Positions 23,331 through 36,399 of a stretch of 49,415 nucleotides of DNA are shown here, in pieces (the first letter of the stretch is position 1; each line of letters begins with the position of its first letter). Under the pieces are notes generated by a model. The model worked only from the letters and a program-made list of their open reading frames with translations, did no database searches and was not told the DNA's origin. The position numbers and the translations under genes are program-made. Source of the DNA: Raillietiella orientalis (lineage: Eukaryota); NCBI GenBank assembly GCA_036172245.1, contig JAYWIR010000038.1, positions 1,984,001 through 2,033,415 of the forward strand, written 5' to 3'.

Positions 23331-23619
23331 CCGTCCCATTAATCAATCTCTTGAGATTTCAATATAGGCCTTTGTTGCCGTTTGCCCTTTGTTGTTGGAA
23401 AAATGAAAATAAAAAAAATTCGCTTCTCATCGGTATTCCTCCCCGCTCCATCTCCACAATCGCCAGCATTCTTTGCCTCAGTTTGTTAAGCCTACTGCGC
23501 CTCCTGCGACCATCGAGGGAAGCGACTGATCCCGGCTCCCACCCCTTTGAAGCTCTCCCGGCTTTGCTTTTCTCTTTCCCCTTTTGTGCTCCTGGTGGTG
23601 CCTTCCTTTTCTTTTTCTT

Positions 23620-25135
23620 TATTTCATTCTGCATGGACTGTGCACCTCGCTCTCCTTTCCGAATGCACGATTTCCTTGTAATCGGGACGATTGGATCGCA
23701 ACCCATTCTTCTGCTGGTTTCTCCAGGCAGAGAAGAGCCAGCTCGTGGTCTTTTAGGATGCTGGAAGAAGACGCCTCAAACAATCCTCATCCGTGTGGAG
23801 GACCATGAGAAAGGCAGAGCACGGGAACGTAACTACGCATCGGTCACCAGGTGTCTCTGCATGGAGGTTCGCCACTCGCAATTGGAACACACCACGGAAG
23901 AATTCGCTCGCGTCCCTTCATTTTTCTCCAGAGAGGAACCGGATGGGCTGAGAAGCTTTGCGGAAGGCGTTCGACAATTCGTGGGCGGATGGAATGACGA
24001 GACTCAATGGACAACCCACGAGAAGTTCCCGCGAACTTTCTCTGCGCAAGAAGGAAGAGGAGCAGGTGAGGAAGGATTCGACTGTTCCTCCACTTCCACC
24101 ACGACAGACCCTCATTCTGCACACTTGAAAGATTTGGCAGCACACGATGACTTCGTCCCATGCTTTTTCCTTTCAAGGAAGGGACACAGGACGGTTTCCA
24201 TACCTTCGGATGATTTCTCGGACAGAGAAAAGCCACTCCAGATTCCAGTGGCTCATTTTTGCTTCTCCGCCAGTAATGCAGCAGTCTGCGAACAAGGTAA
24301 CCTAAGTGATGTCAGTGCGCGCAAAACGACCTCTCTCTAAAAAGACCCTCGCACTGAACCACCAATCAGCCCACTACGGAGGCATACATCGTGATCGGAA
24401 AACAAAGACATCGCACCTTTGGAAGTCTTCGATTCGGAACGGATGCCGCTGCAAGCAGGGAGGCCGCCTATCAGAATTTCTAAAAGCAAATTCTACAGCC
24501 TTCAACCACCTCTTTTGCCTGCCTCTTCTTTTCCAGTCTTCTCGTGATCATCAAATGTCCTTCCATTTCCAACTTCTGGGCGGCTGGAAGCCGAGGGAGC
24601 TGGTGGGCGCCGAAGGTCCGCGCCATCGGTCGAAGGGACCGCTTCGGCGGAACGCCTATTGAGTGCAACCCTCAAAGAAATCGCCATCCCTCCGCTGTGC
24701 GTGAACACTTCCGTGTCCTCCCCGAGGTGGAAACAGGATGTCCTGCTGCTTCTGCGCTGGGGTCTCCAGTGCAACCAGCTCAGACACCTAGTTTCCGTAA
24801 GACTTGCATCCTCAAGCTGTTTCAGGTGCGGCGCGCTTGAATCGTTCCCGCACCTGCTGCTGGACTCCAGTAGCCTTCGGGAACCTTGGCGGAGGCTGGA
24901 TTCAGTACCCCTGCATCCCGGTCGTGCTGCCAAGCACTTGTTACGGCGATTCCTGGCGAGAGGCCTCGCGACCGCGACGAATGCTGCATCAGCGCCATCG
25001 CCACGGTGCCCGCCATTTGTTGGAGTTTCGGGTGTAGGGCAGGTCACCTTCAGGACGTCCGTCTACACGGGGACGCAGATGGCTAGCCTGGAAGAAGTCA
25101 AGAAGGAGGCCGCCGGCATCCAGCGTCGATTTTAG
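23620..25135 (+). mobile_element. Degenerate Tx1-like LINE ORF2 with internal deletion; recognisable zf-RVT
   Basis: EN end RMHDFL..GCWK, linker VPSFF, GNLSDVSARKTTSL (RPISL-like), then SSCFRCGALESFPHLLLDSSSLREPW (zf-RVT, ORF 24659..25135) and a pyrimidine-rich 3' UTR. Confidence 0.75.
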
Positions 25136-25449
25136 AAAGAAGGAACGGCCATTGCCAGGGTGACCTTTCTTCTCACCCTCCCTTTGTTTTTCGTGCATTT
25201 CTTTTTAAATTTCCTTCGTTACGAAATTTTCCGATTTCTCAAGAAGGAACAGGGCACACCAAAGATCCTCGTCCCCACTTTCTTCCTTCATTTCTTCTGT
25301 TCCTTCATTCCTCCCGTTCCGGACTTTTGGAAATCTCGACCTGCGCGTCGAAGCACCCTCCAAAAGAACTTTTTTTCTTCCTGTTTTTGTTTCGGGAACT
25401 GTCTTCTCCCTACTTGCCTGTGTATTTTTTTTATATAAAATGAACGTCT

Positions 25450-26040
25450 CGACGTTTCCGGGTAGGAATCCACAACGCACGGCATCACCCTGTTCCTCCA
25501 GTGGAAAAGTCCCGGGAACGTTGTGCGTGGCTGAGTGCACCATCTCTTTTCTGACGTGCTGGGTCTGGTCCCCTGGGAACCTTTGACTCCGTCTCAGCTC
25601 GGATCCCGAGATCCAGGAGATCCTACGAGGACGGCTTTTGCGGCGGAGAGCACTCCTCTGGAAGCAAAGCGAGGAGCCGGTCCTCCACAGTTGCCCTAAG
25701 GGCCGGAGGTAGTTCAGCAATTTAGTATCATGGGGATCCCCGATAAAGCAATGAAATCCACAGTTGCCTAATTCTTCTGCCGTTGATGGATATTCATAGG
25801 AGAAGACGATGTGCAGAATGGGCACTTTCCCTTCCTTCCCTAGGCTGGATCCAGACTTGGCACCTTTTCCGGAAGGGTGTGTCTGTCAGCGCCAATTGCT
25901 TCAGGGTTGGTCAGCGGCTCATCATGTTTGTCCGCGGTCATCGTGTGGTGCCTGCATACTGCAGACACTGACGAGGAAGAGAATGAATAACTTCGAGCGA
26001 ATTTTCGAGACCTGTGTGTTGACATAGGGTGTCAGCAGAC
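25450..26040 (-). mobile_element. Degenerate LINE RT fragment
   Basis: ORF 25205..25825 HCFIGD (YADD position) followed by LWRTGSSL; upstream RKFAR (KAFD-like). Confidence 0.45.
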
Positions 26041-26079
26041 TTCGGCAACATGTATATCCCTAAGTATTCAGAATTCATT

Positions 26080-26590
26080 TTTGGAGTTTCAGAAACTCCT
26101 ATGGACGGTTTCTTCCGTTTTCGTAAGCCACTGCTTGGAAATGAAAGGCCTCTTCCCTATCTATGAGACCTCCTTGACGAATCGCAGTTTCCATCCGTAT
26201 TGGAGCAGCGGATCTCATCTCTGCACGACACGATGCACACCGAGTCTCCCACCCCGTGCGGTTGGCACGTCACTAAGCAGGACGGGCTCAGCCAAGCAGT
26301 GCCGAGAGGCAACCCAATTCGGGGAAGAGGGAGAGCTGGCAGCTCCAAGCCCGACTAGAGGGAAGGTTTGCTTGGACCTCCACTGCCTTCTCTGGACGCT
26401 GTCTGTGCTTTCGTGGAATCCCCACGTGGAGCATCGACGCCCAGAGCGGGGTGCGTGTCGCGGGTTTCGGGTTCCCCCCCGCGGGGTGATGACCTCTTTC
26501 TAGATCATTGGTTGGCCTGTAGACTTCAGATGAGGCGGCACTGGTTAACACCCGGTCATACCGAACCGTTTCTTTATAAAAAATAAACGT
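26080..26590 (+). mobile_element. LINE 3' end fragment
   Basis: C-terminal relic (QCREA..LHCLLWTLSVLSWN) ending in an A-rich tract TATAAAAAATAAA. Confidence 0.4.
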
Positions 26591-26749
26591 CTGTGTCAGG
26601 ACGTTTGATTCTGTCACGTCACTTACAGATACGAGAAGGAACCTGCCGAGATCTGGCAAGCAGGCCAGCAGGGTTTGCCTCGGCAGCACAGAAGAGAGAG
26701 AGACAAACAAAAAGAGAAAAAATAAAACAAAAAGCAAACGGTCAAAAAA

Positions 26750-27800
26750 TGGGGGGTTCTGGAAGGGATCAACGGGTGCTGGAGGATATCCTCTGAATCC
26801 TTGTGAGGATGCTGGCACTTCCCTGTTTCAAGACTCCCAGATGGAACCATCTTGACCCTGTCCTCTTGGAGAGGACGGCAAACTAGATGGCGTTCCTGTC
26901 GCACTGACCTCCTCTGGCGTTGCTCCATGTATTTGCGGTCCCCCCGCCTGGGCAGCAAAGTGTTGCTAGGGAAGGATGCGGGCGGCGTGAGGGCGATCAC
27001 GCAAGAAAAGGCGCTTTACAAAGTCTCGGGCGCTGCCGATGGGAGTTCCAAGGGTAGCGACAAAGCATCCCCAAAGGGGCCGGAGGGCAACACAGTCCAC
27101 TAAGAGGTGTGGGAGGAATTCTCGCTCCCCGGACTTTGCACAGTTTGGGTCCACACCACTCCGTGTCCAATGATGCCGGAGGGCGTTGCACGGGAGACCT
27201 TAGTACAGTGGAAATGATGGAAGCCCGAAACCCCCAGATGCCCCCGTTGACTGGCCAGGATTGGGAGTTGATCCTTTGGAGTCCTTCCAGGACATCAAGG
27301 AGCCGGTTCCCTTCGGGTTCCCCCCGGCTGTGAAAATGGAGCTGTACCATTACGTACGAGGGAGCTGGCTGATTCCCTTCCTCGCGGGTTGTATCTCCAG
27401 AGTGTGAAGAAAAGCACTGCTCCCTTCGTGGAGAGTCCTCCAGAGAAAATGGGAAGCGTCTCTTCGTAGTTCTTTTCAGAGGAGGAAACAAAGAAGGAGC
27501 GTTTTCATCGCAGGTTCCCTCCAGAGAAGGAACGAGGAGCGGTCCCCTCTAAATGACTCCTCTGGAGAGAAGAAAGAGGTTCCCTTCGGAGTTCCCTTCG
27601 GAGACAACCAGAGTGAAGAGTTCCCTTTGGGGTTTCCTACCAAGGAATGGCTCCTTCCTCCATAACCTTCCTGGATTTATTGGCTAGTCCCTCCGGTGCC
27701 ACTCCCTTACTTGAAGAGCCAGCACGCATCCTGGGGTGGCGTGGACAGTGTTTAAGGAGCTCGAAAGTTCAAGTGTCCCCCACCCTTGCCTCAAGGAGGC
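26750..27800 (-). mobile_element. LINE ORF1 3' region and EN start
   Basis: Repetitive GTTCCCTTCGGA-type block (shared with 42880-43245) lies upstream of EN-like relics (SIISTV, TLLPRRGD). Confidence 0.5.
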
Positions 27801-27949
27801 GAGCGGTTCTTCAGTACACCTTGCGAACCAAAAAAAAAAAAAAAACTGAAAAAAAGTCATCTTCAGCTGCAATCTTATGAACGTCTAAAATGTGTTTTCG
27901 TTGAGGGGTCGCGGGCTGCTTTCAGCCCACCGGCGGCGCTCCGTGTTTC

Positions 27950-29460
27950 CGATTTATCTGCAATCGATATCTAATGATCTGAGTTATCACAGATCATCTG
28001 AGTACAAGCGTGGATGAGAATCTGTACATTTACGGGAACATTGTGAAAGCTCGTGTTTCAGAAGGGAGGGTCCGAAAGTTCCCGCCCTAGATGAGCCCAT
28101 CATCCACCGCTCTGCAGCTCCAGTTCTTCAGCTGATCATAGGCAGGTTGATCTCCTGATTCAAGATTAATGATGCAGATTAAAAACCAGCGTCCACACCA
28201 AATACGGCGCAGTTTATGGTTTGCCGAGTAGGCAACTGAGCGAGGCCCCACAGTATTGCTCCTCATCTGGCGTCACGTGTCACTGTCTCCCATCCCTGTG
28301 GATCGACACATCCTCTCGGCACCTGAGGAAAACCTAGGAGGAAATCTCAACGTGCCTTCCTTTCCAGGGATGGGACTGCGGCGACTCATTCTTACCTCGC
28401 TCCCGAATTCTGCCTGCTACCTGGACATCTCTGTTAGTCGACAGACTCTCCACGTGTGGCTCGCCCACCGCAGCAGTGACAAAGGCAGGCGAACCACACA
28501 AGGAGTGGTCCTGGCTGCACGAAACCCTCCGCATTTCCCACGAAAACCTAGGAGATCTGTCGTCTTCTCGCAAGCACTTCGTCTGGGTTCCCTCCCTTTT
28601 CCCGGTTCTTCCCTGTCGCATGGACGGGCTGGCGGTGAGCTCTTCGGTTTCGGCGACGAGGAATCCTTCAATTGATCACATATCCTTCGTTAGAGTGATG
28701 ACGCCTCCTGTGCGTTTCATCCCCCTTTTCCCGTCGCTGCTTTGGCTCGAAGACACGGTGCCCACGCTGGGTACACTCCCAACACACCGTGACACCGACC
28801 CCATCGAACGCGAAACCTCATCCCTCAAACGTCTCCTGTCGGTGTTCTTATGAATCCAATTGCTGATCGGCGCCCATGATTTCATTATCATGAAGTGACC
28901 ATCAGCAAAGCAGCTGAACTTTTGTATTAGCGCACCACAGGACCAAAGATCCGTCTGCGAAGAGAGCACGAGCAGGACTTTCCTGGACAGGAACACTCCT
29001 CAAGACGTGTCGTCTGGGAGCGCATTCGAACGACAGGGTGTTCCCCGGATGGCAAGGAAATAAGGAAAAGGTCTGGGGAAAAAGGGAAGAAGGCCGGGGG
29101 TGCTTTCAGCAGCGAAAATCATAAAGTGCATGCTTTGGGAGGATGTGCTGGTGATTCCTTAGAGCACTCCGGCTTTCCCGCTCCTCAGTTCCAGGCTCGT
29201 CGAGAGCGCCTCTGCCTAAAAGTTCAAGCATGTCTGCGGACTCCCGGGGTTCACTCGCTAATTCAACTTTCCGGGATTCCGCCAGCTCATTCCCTGACAC
29301 TACGTGACCCGGAAGCTCATCAATCTTCTGCTGTCGTCCTGAGAAAGCTCCGCCGTTTCTTACCTCCCCTCTACTGTTTTGTTGCTCTGGAGCGCAGCGC
29401 CGCCGCTCAGGATTCGTGGACGCGCGGCGAAGAGGGATATGCGGAGGTCTCTTGATCTCC
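27950..29460 (+). mobile_element. Degenerate LINE ORF2 RT to C-terminus
   Basis: GRVRK..MSP (~28070-28100), CYLDISV (~28420, YLG), ISFVR (~28685), HALGGCAGDSLEHSGF (~29130-29175, zf-RVT). Confidence 0.55.
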
Positions 29461-31900
29461 GAGCGTTCCAGGCGGTCCGGAGGATGAAAACCAAGGGCTT
29501 TGATCAAAGGGGTCAGTGTTTGGGTAGCCACTCATCCGCGTGTCGTCTCGTGGGAAGCGAGGGTGCACTGAGAAGCGACAAAAACATTCCGTTTTACGAT
29601 CCTTGGGGGATGTGGGCGGTTTCTTCGAGGCACGGAGGGTTCGGTGGGCGTTAATGCGATGCGTGTTATTCAAGGGTGGGGAATGTACGCAGCCTTAAGT
29701 GTCAGGGTGAGCAGAAGGTAGAAAGTGTGTGTGTGCTGGTGCGGTGCTTTCTGTGAGACTTCTCATGAGACAACTGTCATCAGTGCTGTGATGGCTGTTT
29801 ACACAAGGGAGGGAGTGTGAATCGGGCTCGAGGAGAAGGCTAGGAGGGTGCCTGATGCTCTGATGCCCTGATGGGGAGACAGAGGCGCGGGTTGAAATGG
29901 GTTCGCGAGAGGGTGATCAATCGCCTGGTGATTTTCCAGATGGAGGGTTGCGAAGCTGTCCCGAAGGTCTCGTGCTTTTTGCCTTCTCCTTTCCATTGCC
30001 AATGCTGATTTGCTGATTAGCGAAGAATAATCAGTAAATGATTGTTCTGGGGCTGAGTGCGGAGCTGAAGAGAGTTTCGCTTCTGGCATACGTACCTCTC
30101 CGGTGACGGGTGGTCATCCCTCGCTTTGAAATATGTAGTGCATTGATGTCGTACGGTTGATGTGCATGGGTCGGGAGGCCATGTTATGGTACACTGCATC
30201 TTTCGTTATAAGGCACGGTCGAGTAATGGATAGATCAGCTCACGAATGCAAACGTTAATGTCCAGTATAAACGGAGTATTTCTTCATGATGGGGTGTAAG
30301 CGAATGCCTTCATTGATTTTGGATATACGAAATCACGTTTCGTGTACAGTAGTGAGGCCGTTGCTTGAAACCGGAGGATAAACGAGAACATGAAAAATAC
30401 AGGGACGATAGGATTTGTCTGTGTGGTCTGGTTGGTTCTCCGATGAGCAGCAACCTTTTTTTTTTTTTTTTTTTTCTTAGCGAGGTTCTCCATTTCTCCT
30501 GTTTTGATTTACGGCAATGAGAAAAGTCTCCGCCGAGGGGGAAGGAAAACATCAACTCGAAACAAAAAGAGTGCTGCAGTGAACCCCGCCTTCCTGTGTG
30601 GAATAGAAAGAAAAAAAGAAAAATGCACCACTTGCCTTTAGCTTCACTTCTTAGGCAGAGGAATCGTGGAAAAAAATCTAGATGTGTGGAACTCGTTCCT
30701 CAACTCGTTCTTTGTTTTGACTAGAAGGATGTGCGCTTGAAATCCACAAGAAAGGCAGGTTCCATCGAGTCCCTTCAAGAAAAGAGATGTGAAGTTTCGA
30801 AATCGACCGCTCAAACGGGAAAGGCCTCCTTCAGCAAGCGAGACAAAGGTTTGAGAAGAGGCGACTCGATAAACAATCATGCTGGATAAAGAAAGAGTTC
30901 CAAGAGAGGATAAAATTCTGATCGGATCCAATGGAAATCCGTCCTCTTTACAGTGGTAACGAGCTGAGACACAATTGTGAGCACATCCATTCATGGATAT
31001 CCACTACCCTCTAGAAATTGATTTCTGAGACCGAAAAGCAAAACAGCTGCACTGAGGAAATGGTGGCCACAGCTTTCCATGCTGACTTGCATTCAGAGAA
31101 GGCAGGAATTCTTGATCTTCTTTTGGAAGCTCCTGCAGTCGAGATGGATCGACCACCTCCAGGTGGCTACCATAAAAGGATTTTTTGGATATGGACAGAT
31201 ACTAGCAGCTTTCCTTTGTCGGGATTTCTTTGATAAGAATAATGAAGTTCGGTCTGCTAGACAAGGGGGTTTGGCTACTCAGGAAGCAAAAAGACCTTGC
31301 ATTAAAAGGAAAGCGAATAATTCCTTTGTGAATTTACGTGCCCCTGGGCTGTCTGTACAAGAAACAGCACAACAAGGCTGCAGGGAGTCCTGAACTCAAT
31401 CGCTGCTCGCGGCTCTCCCTCCAATACATCCGATGGCACGGTGTCTCAATACACAGGCTGAAGACGGAAGCTGAAAAATAGGATCTACGCGGAGGAAGAA
31501 AAGCGAATCATCCTAAGAAACGCTGGATGAAAGCGAAGTCAGGAGGAATCTAGTTTTCCTCTGGAAACTTCTCAGCGGTTCCTGCCAAACGACATTCGTC
31601 CTGCAAATAAGTAGGGCAACAAATGGCTGCTGGGTTGCCGTGAGGGAGGAGCAAGCAGATCAAGTCTGTCCACTGTCACGGCGGCAGAAAAAAGAGCATA
31701 TGCGCTCGCGAGAGGATCCGTCACGATCCAAAAGCTCCATTCAAGAGGGAACTTTCTTTTTTTCGATATTTTGGACCCGGGTATGAGTTCTGGTCATCTA
31801 GAGCACGACGATCTTCATGAGCTGGGGATCCGAAAAACTCAAACCCACTAAGTTCTTTTTTGATTAAACTCAGAGACTACATGAGAAATAAAGGGGAAAG
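29460..31900 (-). mobile_element. Degenerate LINE ORF2 (EN-RT), interrupted at ~30090-30370
   Basis: Minus: DRLDLL (~31660), EDGFPLD (~30940), FTSLFLKGLD..FQAHILL (~30740-30790), QTNPIVPVFF (~30410, QG.PLSP.LF), SFTDY (~30035), GIRASG (~29860). Confidence 0.6.
30090..30370 (+). mobile_element. Possible Tc1/mariner transposase fragment inserted in a LINE
   Basis: TVDVHGSGGHVMVHCIF (30153-30203) resembles the Tc1 TVKHGGGSVMVWGCF motif; preceded by LSGDG and followed by NVQY..I and RFVYSSEA at plausible spacing. Confidence 0.35.
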
Positions 31901-31949
31901 AACTTCATTGCGTTATTCGCCTTCTTCACATCCACTTTTAGTCCATCTT

Positions 31950-32960
31950 TTTATTCCATGTTCACGACCCCATCCCGGTACTCTGGAAAGCCAACCACGA
32001 GATCTCGTGGACGTCCTGTGCTGACAAGAAGGCGGCGAGGTCTTTGCGCTCGGTCCCCTGTCCTCCCTCGAGACCCTACGGTCACGTCAGGTGCGTTCCT
32101 GGAAGGAGTTTTACGTGAGGGAAGGAGGCGACATCCAGGATAATTACTCTTCTTCTTCCTCTGCGTAAACCCCATCTTCCAGATTATGTCAGCTTCCGTA
32201 CCCAGCCCGTGTATCGAGGCACCGCATCACCAGATGCATTGGGAAGGGTGCAACGAGCAGCGGTCGAGCCCGCGAGGCAACGTCTCGTTCCACACTGGAC
32301 GCCTCCTGCAGCTATGTCCTTGCTTTCGGTATGCAAGCCTTCCGACAGGGAGGATGCTAGCCCGGGATGAGCGAGCTGGTGAAGTCACCCACCCATCCAA
32401 CGCACGTCCGGGGCATCCCTTCCAAACTCTCGGAAGGAGACCCACGAAGTCCAGTCTCCAGGAGGGAGACCAGCTGAGCAGCACCGACTCCTCAGGCAAG
32501 CAGCCGCTTTGATCCTGAGGAAGGGAAAAGTCCGATGCCCGAGGAGATGGTCGCCGAGTCTTCGGTCAAACCTCGTCTCCACAAGGGACACTCTGGAGCA
32601 CCCAGCCCGAAGCAGCCCATCTCCAGTCCCGATAAATTTGGACAGGTCGCAAAGAAGAGGTTGTGGGGGCTGTGGTGAATTGCTCCTTTGAGTTCTCTTT
32701 TCGAGTAATCTCTAGTCTTTTGAAGAATTCCGCAACGAGGAACTCGTGCTTCGGAGAGGATCAAACGCTCACACGTCAAAGAACCCACATCTCGAGTGGC
32801 CGTCCTCCGACAAGAGTTCGATTGTCTCAGAATGGGAAAATGCTTTTCGCTTTCATCTGGTTCCTGGTGTCCCGGGGCCGTTCTTTCCTGGCTTCTCAGC
32901 GAGCAGGCACGAAGATCGACGAGTGTCAGCTGATGTGTGGAAGGGCAAGAATTCCTGCCT
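31950..32960 (+). mobile_element. LINE ORF1 (gag-like) fragment
   Basis: RGIPSKL (~32410) then SQRRGCGGCGE (~32650-32680), a degenerate CCHC knuckle in the Tx1/L1 ORF1 arrangement. Confidence 0.45.
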
Positions 32961-33099
32961 AAACGCTCTGAACTGACAGCTGACCTTTTTGTTCTTCCTT
33001 TTCAGTTTCATTCCTTTTGTCAGCTCCATGAGTATTGGCAAGAAATCCATCATGCCTTTTGGCGAAGGAAAAAAAAAAAAACGGTTGAAAGCTCTATTC

Positions 33100-34450
33100 T
33101 TTGGAATAGCTCTCTCTCACAGTAAGCCGGCGCCCGAACCTCATTTCCTGCTTTCGTCGTTCAACTGTTGCAACAAGGATCCCAATTCTTCTATGGTCTC
33201 TTGGCTGGAAACAGGAAAACGAGGAAGCCGTAGTGAGGAAGAGTCCGGCAAAACTCATGTACTCTTCCGTCCAGATCCTGGCTCCAGAACTTGGGATATC
33301 GATTCTCGAGACTTCCTTGCCAGAGATGCGAGAAGCACTAAAGGAAAGCCTCTTACGACTCTTAGGTTCGTCCCCTTAGTGATGATGCGGGAGTGAAATC
33401 GTTCTTGAAGGACAGGTTCCTCAGACTCCTTGGAGGATTTATAGGTTCCTCGACGACAAGGTGGATTTTATTCCTGCTCCTGTAAGAGAGATCATGGATG
33501 TGGAGGACGTGGTTGTTCTCTCAGAATCTCGAGTCTCTTACTCATGGATACTGCATATGCATTTCATGCCGAAAGACTGTGTGGAAGTTCGAGTGACCCT
33601 TCACTTGGGGAGAGGTTTCGGCCGCGAATGATGATTCCGGGAGAACTTGTGACGACGATTTCTAGGAACTCCAGGATTGCAACGGCGGCGCATTCGGAGC
33701 AGTGAATCAGCATCCAGATGAGCCTGATCATCATTCGTGACAATTCGGGATATCTCATTACACATGTTGATCGGATTCATCCATCGTTCGTTTAGAAACC
33801 TTCCTCCGCAAAGCGACGTGCCTCTTTTTTGATACCGGAAATTCTAGAAGACCCTGAAACTAGAGAGAGGTGCTTTCATACTTGTCCAGTCTTGAGCTTC
33901 ACCTCGTAGGTTAAAAATCGGAAGTTGCGCGATCATTACAGAGAAGATCTTTCAGATCCCATGCAGCTCGCTGCTAAGTAGGGATGTATTCACTTCCTCA
34001 GCAACGCATCCACGTGAAGCCGGATTTCTTGTATCTTCCTGGACTGGGAAAAGATAGCTCGAGCTTCGTGCGGAAGCGAAGTTCTACCGGAGGCACAACG
34101 CGGAGTGCCACGTCAGGCGAGAACTCCTTGATTACCCGGTGCGAAATGAGGAGTTTCCCTGAAGCGGGGTCAGGGAAGAGTCACTGCTTCACCGCCATGC
34201 GTACATAGCCGGAGAAACATCGTGGAAGTATCAGGTGAGCAGAGAACCAGCCTCCGAATATCGCAGCCCAATGAGGGCGGGTTGAAGAGAATGGGCAGGC
34301 AGCGAAGATTGTGGAAACCGCCCTCGTCTTTAGTCTGCACCACCTTTTTAGCGCTGACACGATCGACAGAATGGGAGAGGCGTGCTCCGCGACCACCCCT
34401 GAAGCGACAAGAAAGTAGTGCCTTGCTGTCTGCTTTGTCTAGAGATGTGA
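33100..34450 (-). mobile_element. LINE ORF1 remnant plus APE endonuclease
   Basis: Minus: LCTHGGEA knuckle relic (~34195), AVAIL..RGR (~33620-33685), SGKEVSRIDI (~33295-33325). Confidence 0.6.
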
Positions 34451-34859
34451 AAGCGCTTCGGATGCATTTCTTCAGTCATATGATGAACCAAAATGCATAG
34501 TTTTCTAAAACCCTGCTTTTCCTGATAAACCAAGACTCTTCCGATGCAGCCATGACGCAAATTGCTGTACCAGCATTCAAAGCAACTGGCACCCTGCCAG
34601 CTCTTGGATAAATTTTTAAGTATGCTAACTCGGTTTCTGTTAGCATGGCAATCTCTTAAACCATGGAAAAAGACGATTTCGACTTTAAAACAGATTATTA
34701 ATAAACAGTAACAGTTAAAGCACGAACGAACAATTACACAAGGAATTCACTGTTGCTGTATGACGAATAGTTTGTGTTATAGCAACAGTTGGACCATGTT
34801 TTGATTGTGGCTCTTTCTGCGTATGGAGGTCTTTGCTCGGAAGTTTTCAAAATGAGAGG

Positions 34860-35340
34860 GTTTAGGGAAAACAGACCCTCAGAGTTCGCAGACTTGGTTT
34901 TCCAAGGGACGTTCTATTAGGAGAGAATAACTCGATCCAAGGAACACTTTGGAGATTCCAGCACTCGTCGTGCGGAGCATCAATGAAGATCTCGATGTGA
35001 GCTGTGGAGCCGCAATGATACCAGGGATGGCGGTGGGGAAAGAGGAGGAGATCAGAGCAGGAATGGTTTCCCTTCCCGCTTTGATCTCCTCTTCCATCCT
35101 TTCTCAGGGGTAACTGAAACGAGATGGATCGATTCTCCATCGCACTCGCTCATCTCGGGGAAGCAAATCGTTCGGCCTCGATGCACCCTACCGTACACTT
35201 CGAGCTGAACTCAAGCAGGCGAGTTACGAAGGATCCAAATGGGCGTCCGTGAACGGAGATCGATCTGTTGACGAGAGCGCTTTTGTGGTTTCCACGTTTT
35301 GCTTTTGGTCGGCAGCAGCTCCGTGCCAGCCTAAGCACTT
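34860..35340 (-). mobile_element. LINE RT N-terminal fragment
   Basis: ENRSISF (RPISL-like) and GISKVF (D..KAF-like) in ORFs 34862..35140 and 34879..35097. Confidence 0.45.
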
Positions 35341-35399
35341 TCCTTTAAGTTCAGAGAGGGTGGCACCTCTCTACAGATGAGTTGGAGTCGTAGCGATGA

Positions 35400-36200
35400 A
35401 GGAAATGCGAGTCGCACACGAAATGTTATGCTACTCTGGAGGAAGACCTCTGTTTTCGCAGTTCTTCCGAAGAGGGTCACTGGTCAAACCTCTCCAGTCC
35501 GCTTCGGAATAAGCTTTTGTCTTGCCTTGCTGATAGAATCAGGTCAGAACCCCCCTCTTCTCTTGATGGGAACGATCAGCAAAGATTAGGCAGTGGCGTT
35601 TCCGTCGGAATCCAGCACCCTCCAGTTCAATCGTCTGAAAGTGAAATTCCGAATCTTGTATGGAAAGGCATGAGTTCTCTCCAAGGTTCCAGGCACGTCG
35701 ATAACGGTCCGTGCCCCTGGTGGTATGCTTCTTAATAGGCTCGTTACCACCCAACTTGCGACAAATCTTCTACGCGAATCACTCTGAAAAGGAGCTGGTT
35801 CCTTGGAAATTCGGAGCGCAGCTAAGCCTCTCTGAGGGTGAGGAATATCCCTTTGTCCTCTCTAGAAGGAGGCGACCTGCTTAATGGAAGGGGAAAAAAA
35901 AATGTTTATCACCTCAGGATTGTGAGCATTTTTTTTTCGCCCCGCGAACATGAAGCATTTCTCCAGGAAGGGGTCAGGAACGGAAGTGCGAACCTTTCAG
36001 CTCTAGAGCAGCCGCGAGCGTCTTTCTTGATGGTGAGCTACGAGCTTCTGGGGCTGTGAAGAAGAAGATGAAACGGAGGCAGCCATGCAACACTTTTTCC
36101 GGAGCGAAAGAGAAGAGATGACGCGGGCGGGGAATCAACGTGCCATCCGGGCGCTTTCTTTAGGGCATTAGAGCGCGGGTTCACCACCAGCCTCTGAAAG
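35400..36200 (+). mobile_element. LINE RT C-terminal fragment
   Basis: GQNPPLLL (~35545) and YHLRIV (~35910); weak. Confidence 0.35.
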
Positions 36201-36399
36201 CCTTGGTAGCTTCGCATCTGTGATTGCCGGGACGTTTATTTGTCAGGAATGAGTGAAAATTCTGTGCGGTGAGGGAAGGACCGCGATTTCGCCGGCGCGA
36301 AACAAAAGTTACCGACCTCTCTGGGGACAGAACTAGGGAGACAGGGAAGGACTGCTCTCACGGCGAGGCACGTGGTTCTCAAGCGACTGCGTGGGATAG

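Noticed and set aside
23351..24340. 329-aa ORF as a host gene
   Set aside because: Non-ATG start, low-complexity N-terminus, and the remainder carries degenerate LINE EN/linker motifs.
27280..27660. CRISPR-like repeat-spacer array
   Set aside because: Units are short, degenerate and irregularly spaced, in eukaryotic DNA with no cas genes.
30095..30300. Minus-strand exon pair with a 44-nt GT-AG intron
   Set aside because: No recognisable product, sits inside a LINE RT, and is better explained as a transposase fragment on the other strand.
30455..30476. Poly(T)/poly(A) runs (also ~10538, ~10849, ~27830, ~33069) as retrotransposon tails
   Set aside because: Several lie inside ORF2 relics and no target-site duplications were visible; homopolymer expansion is as likely.
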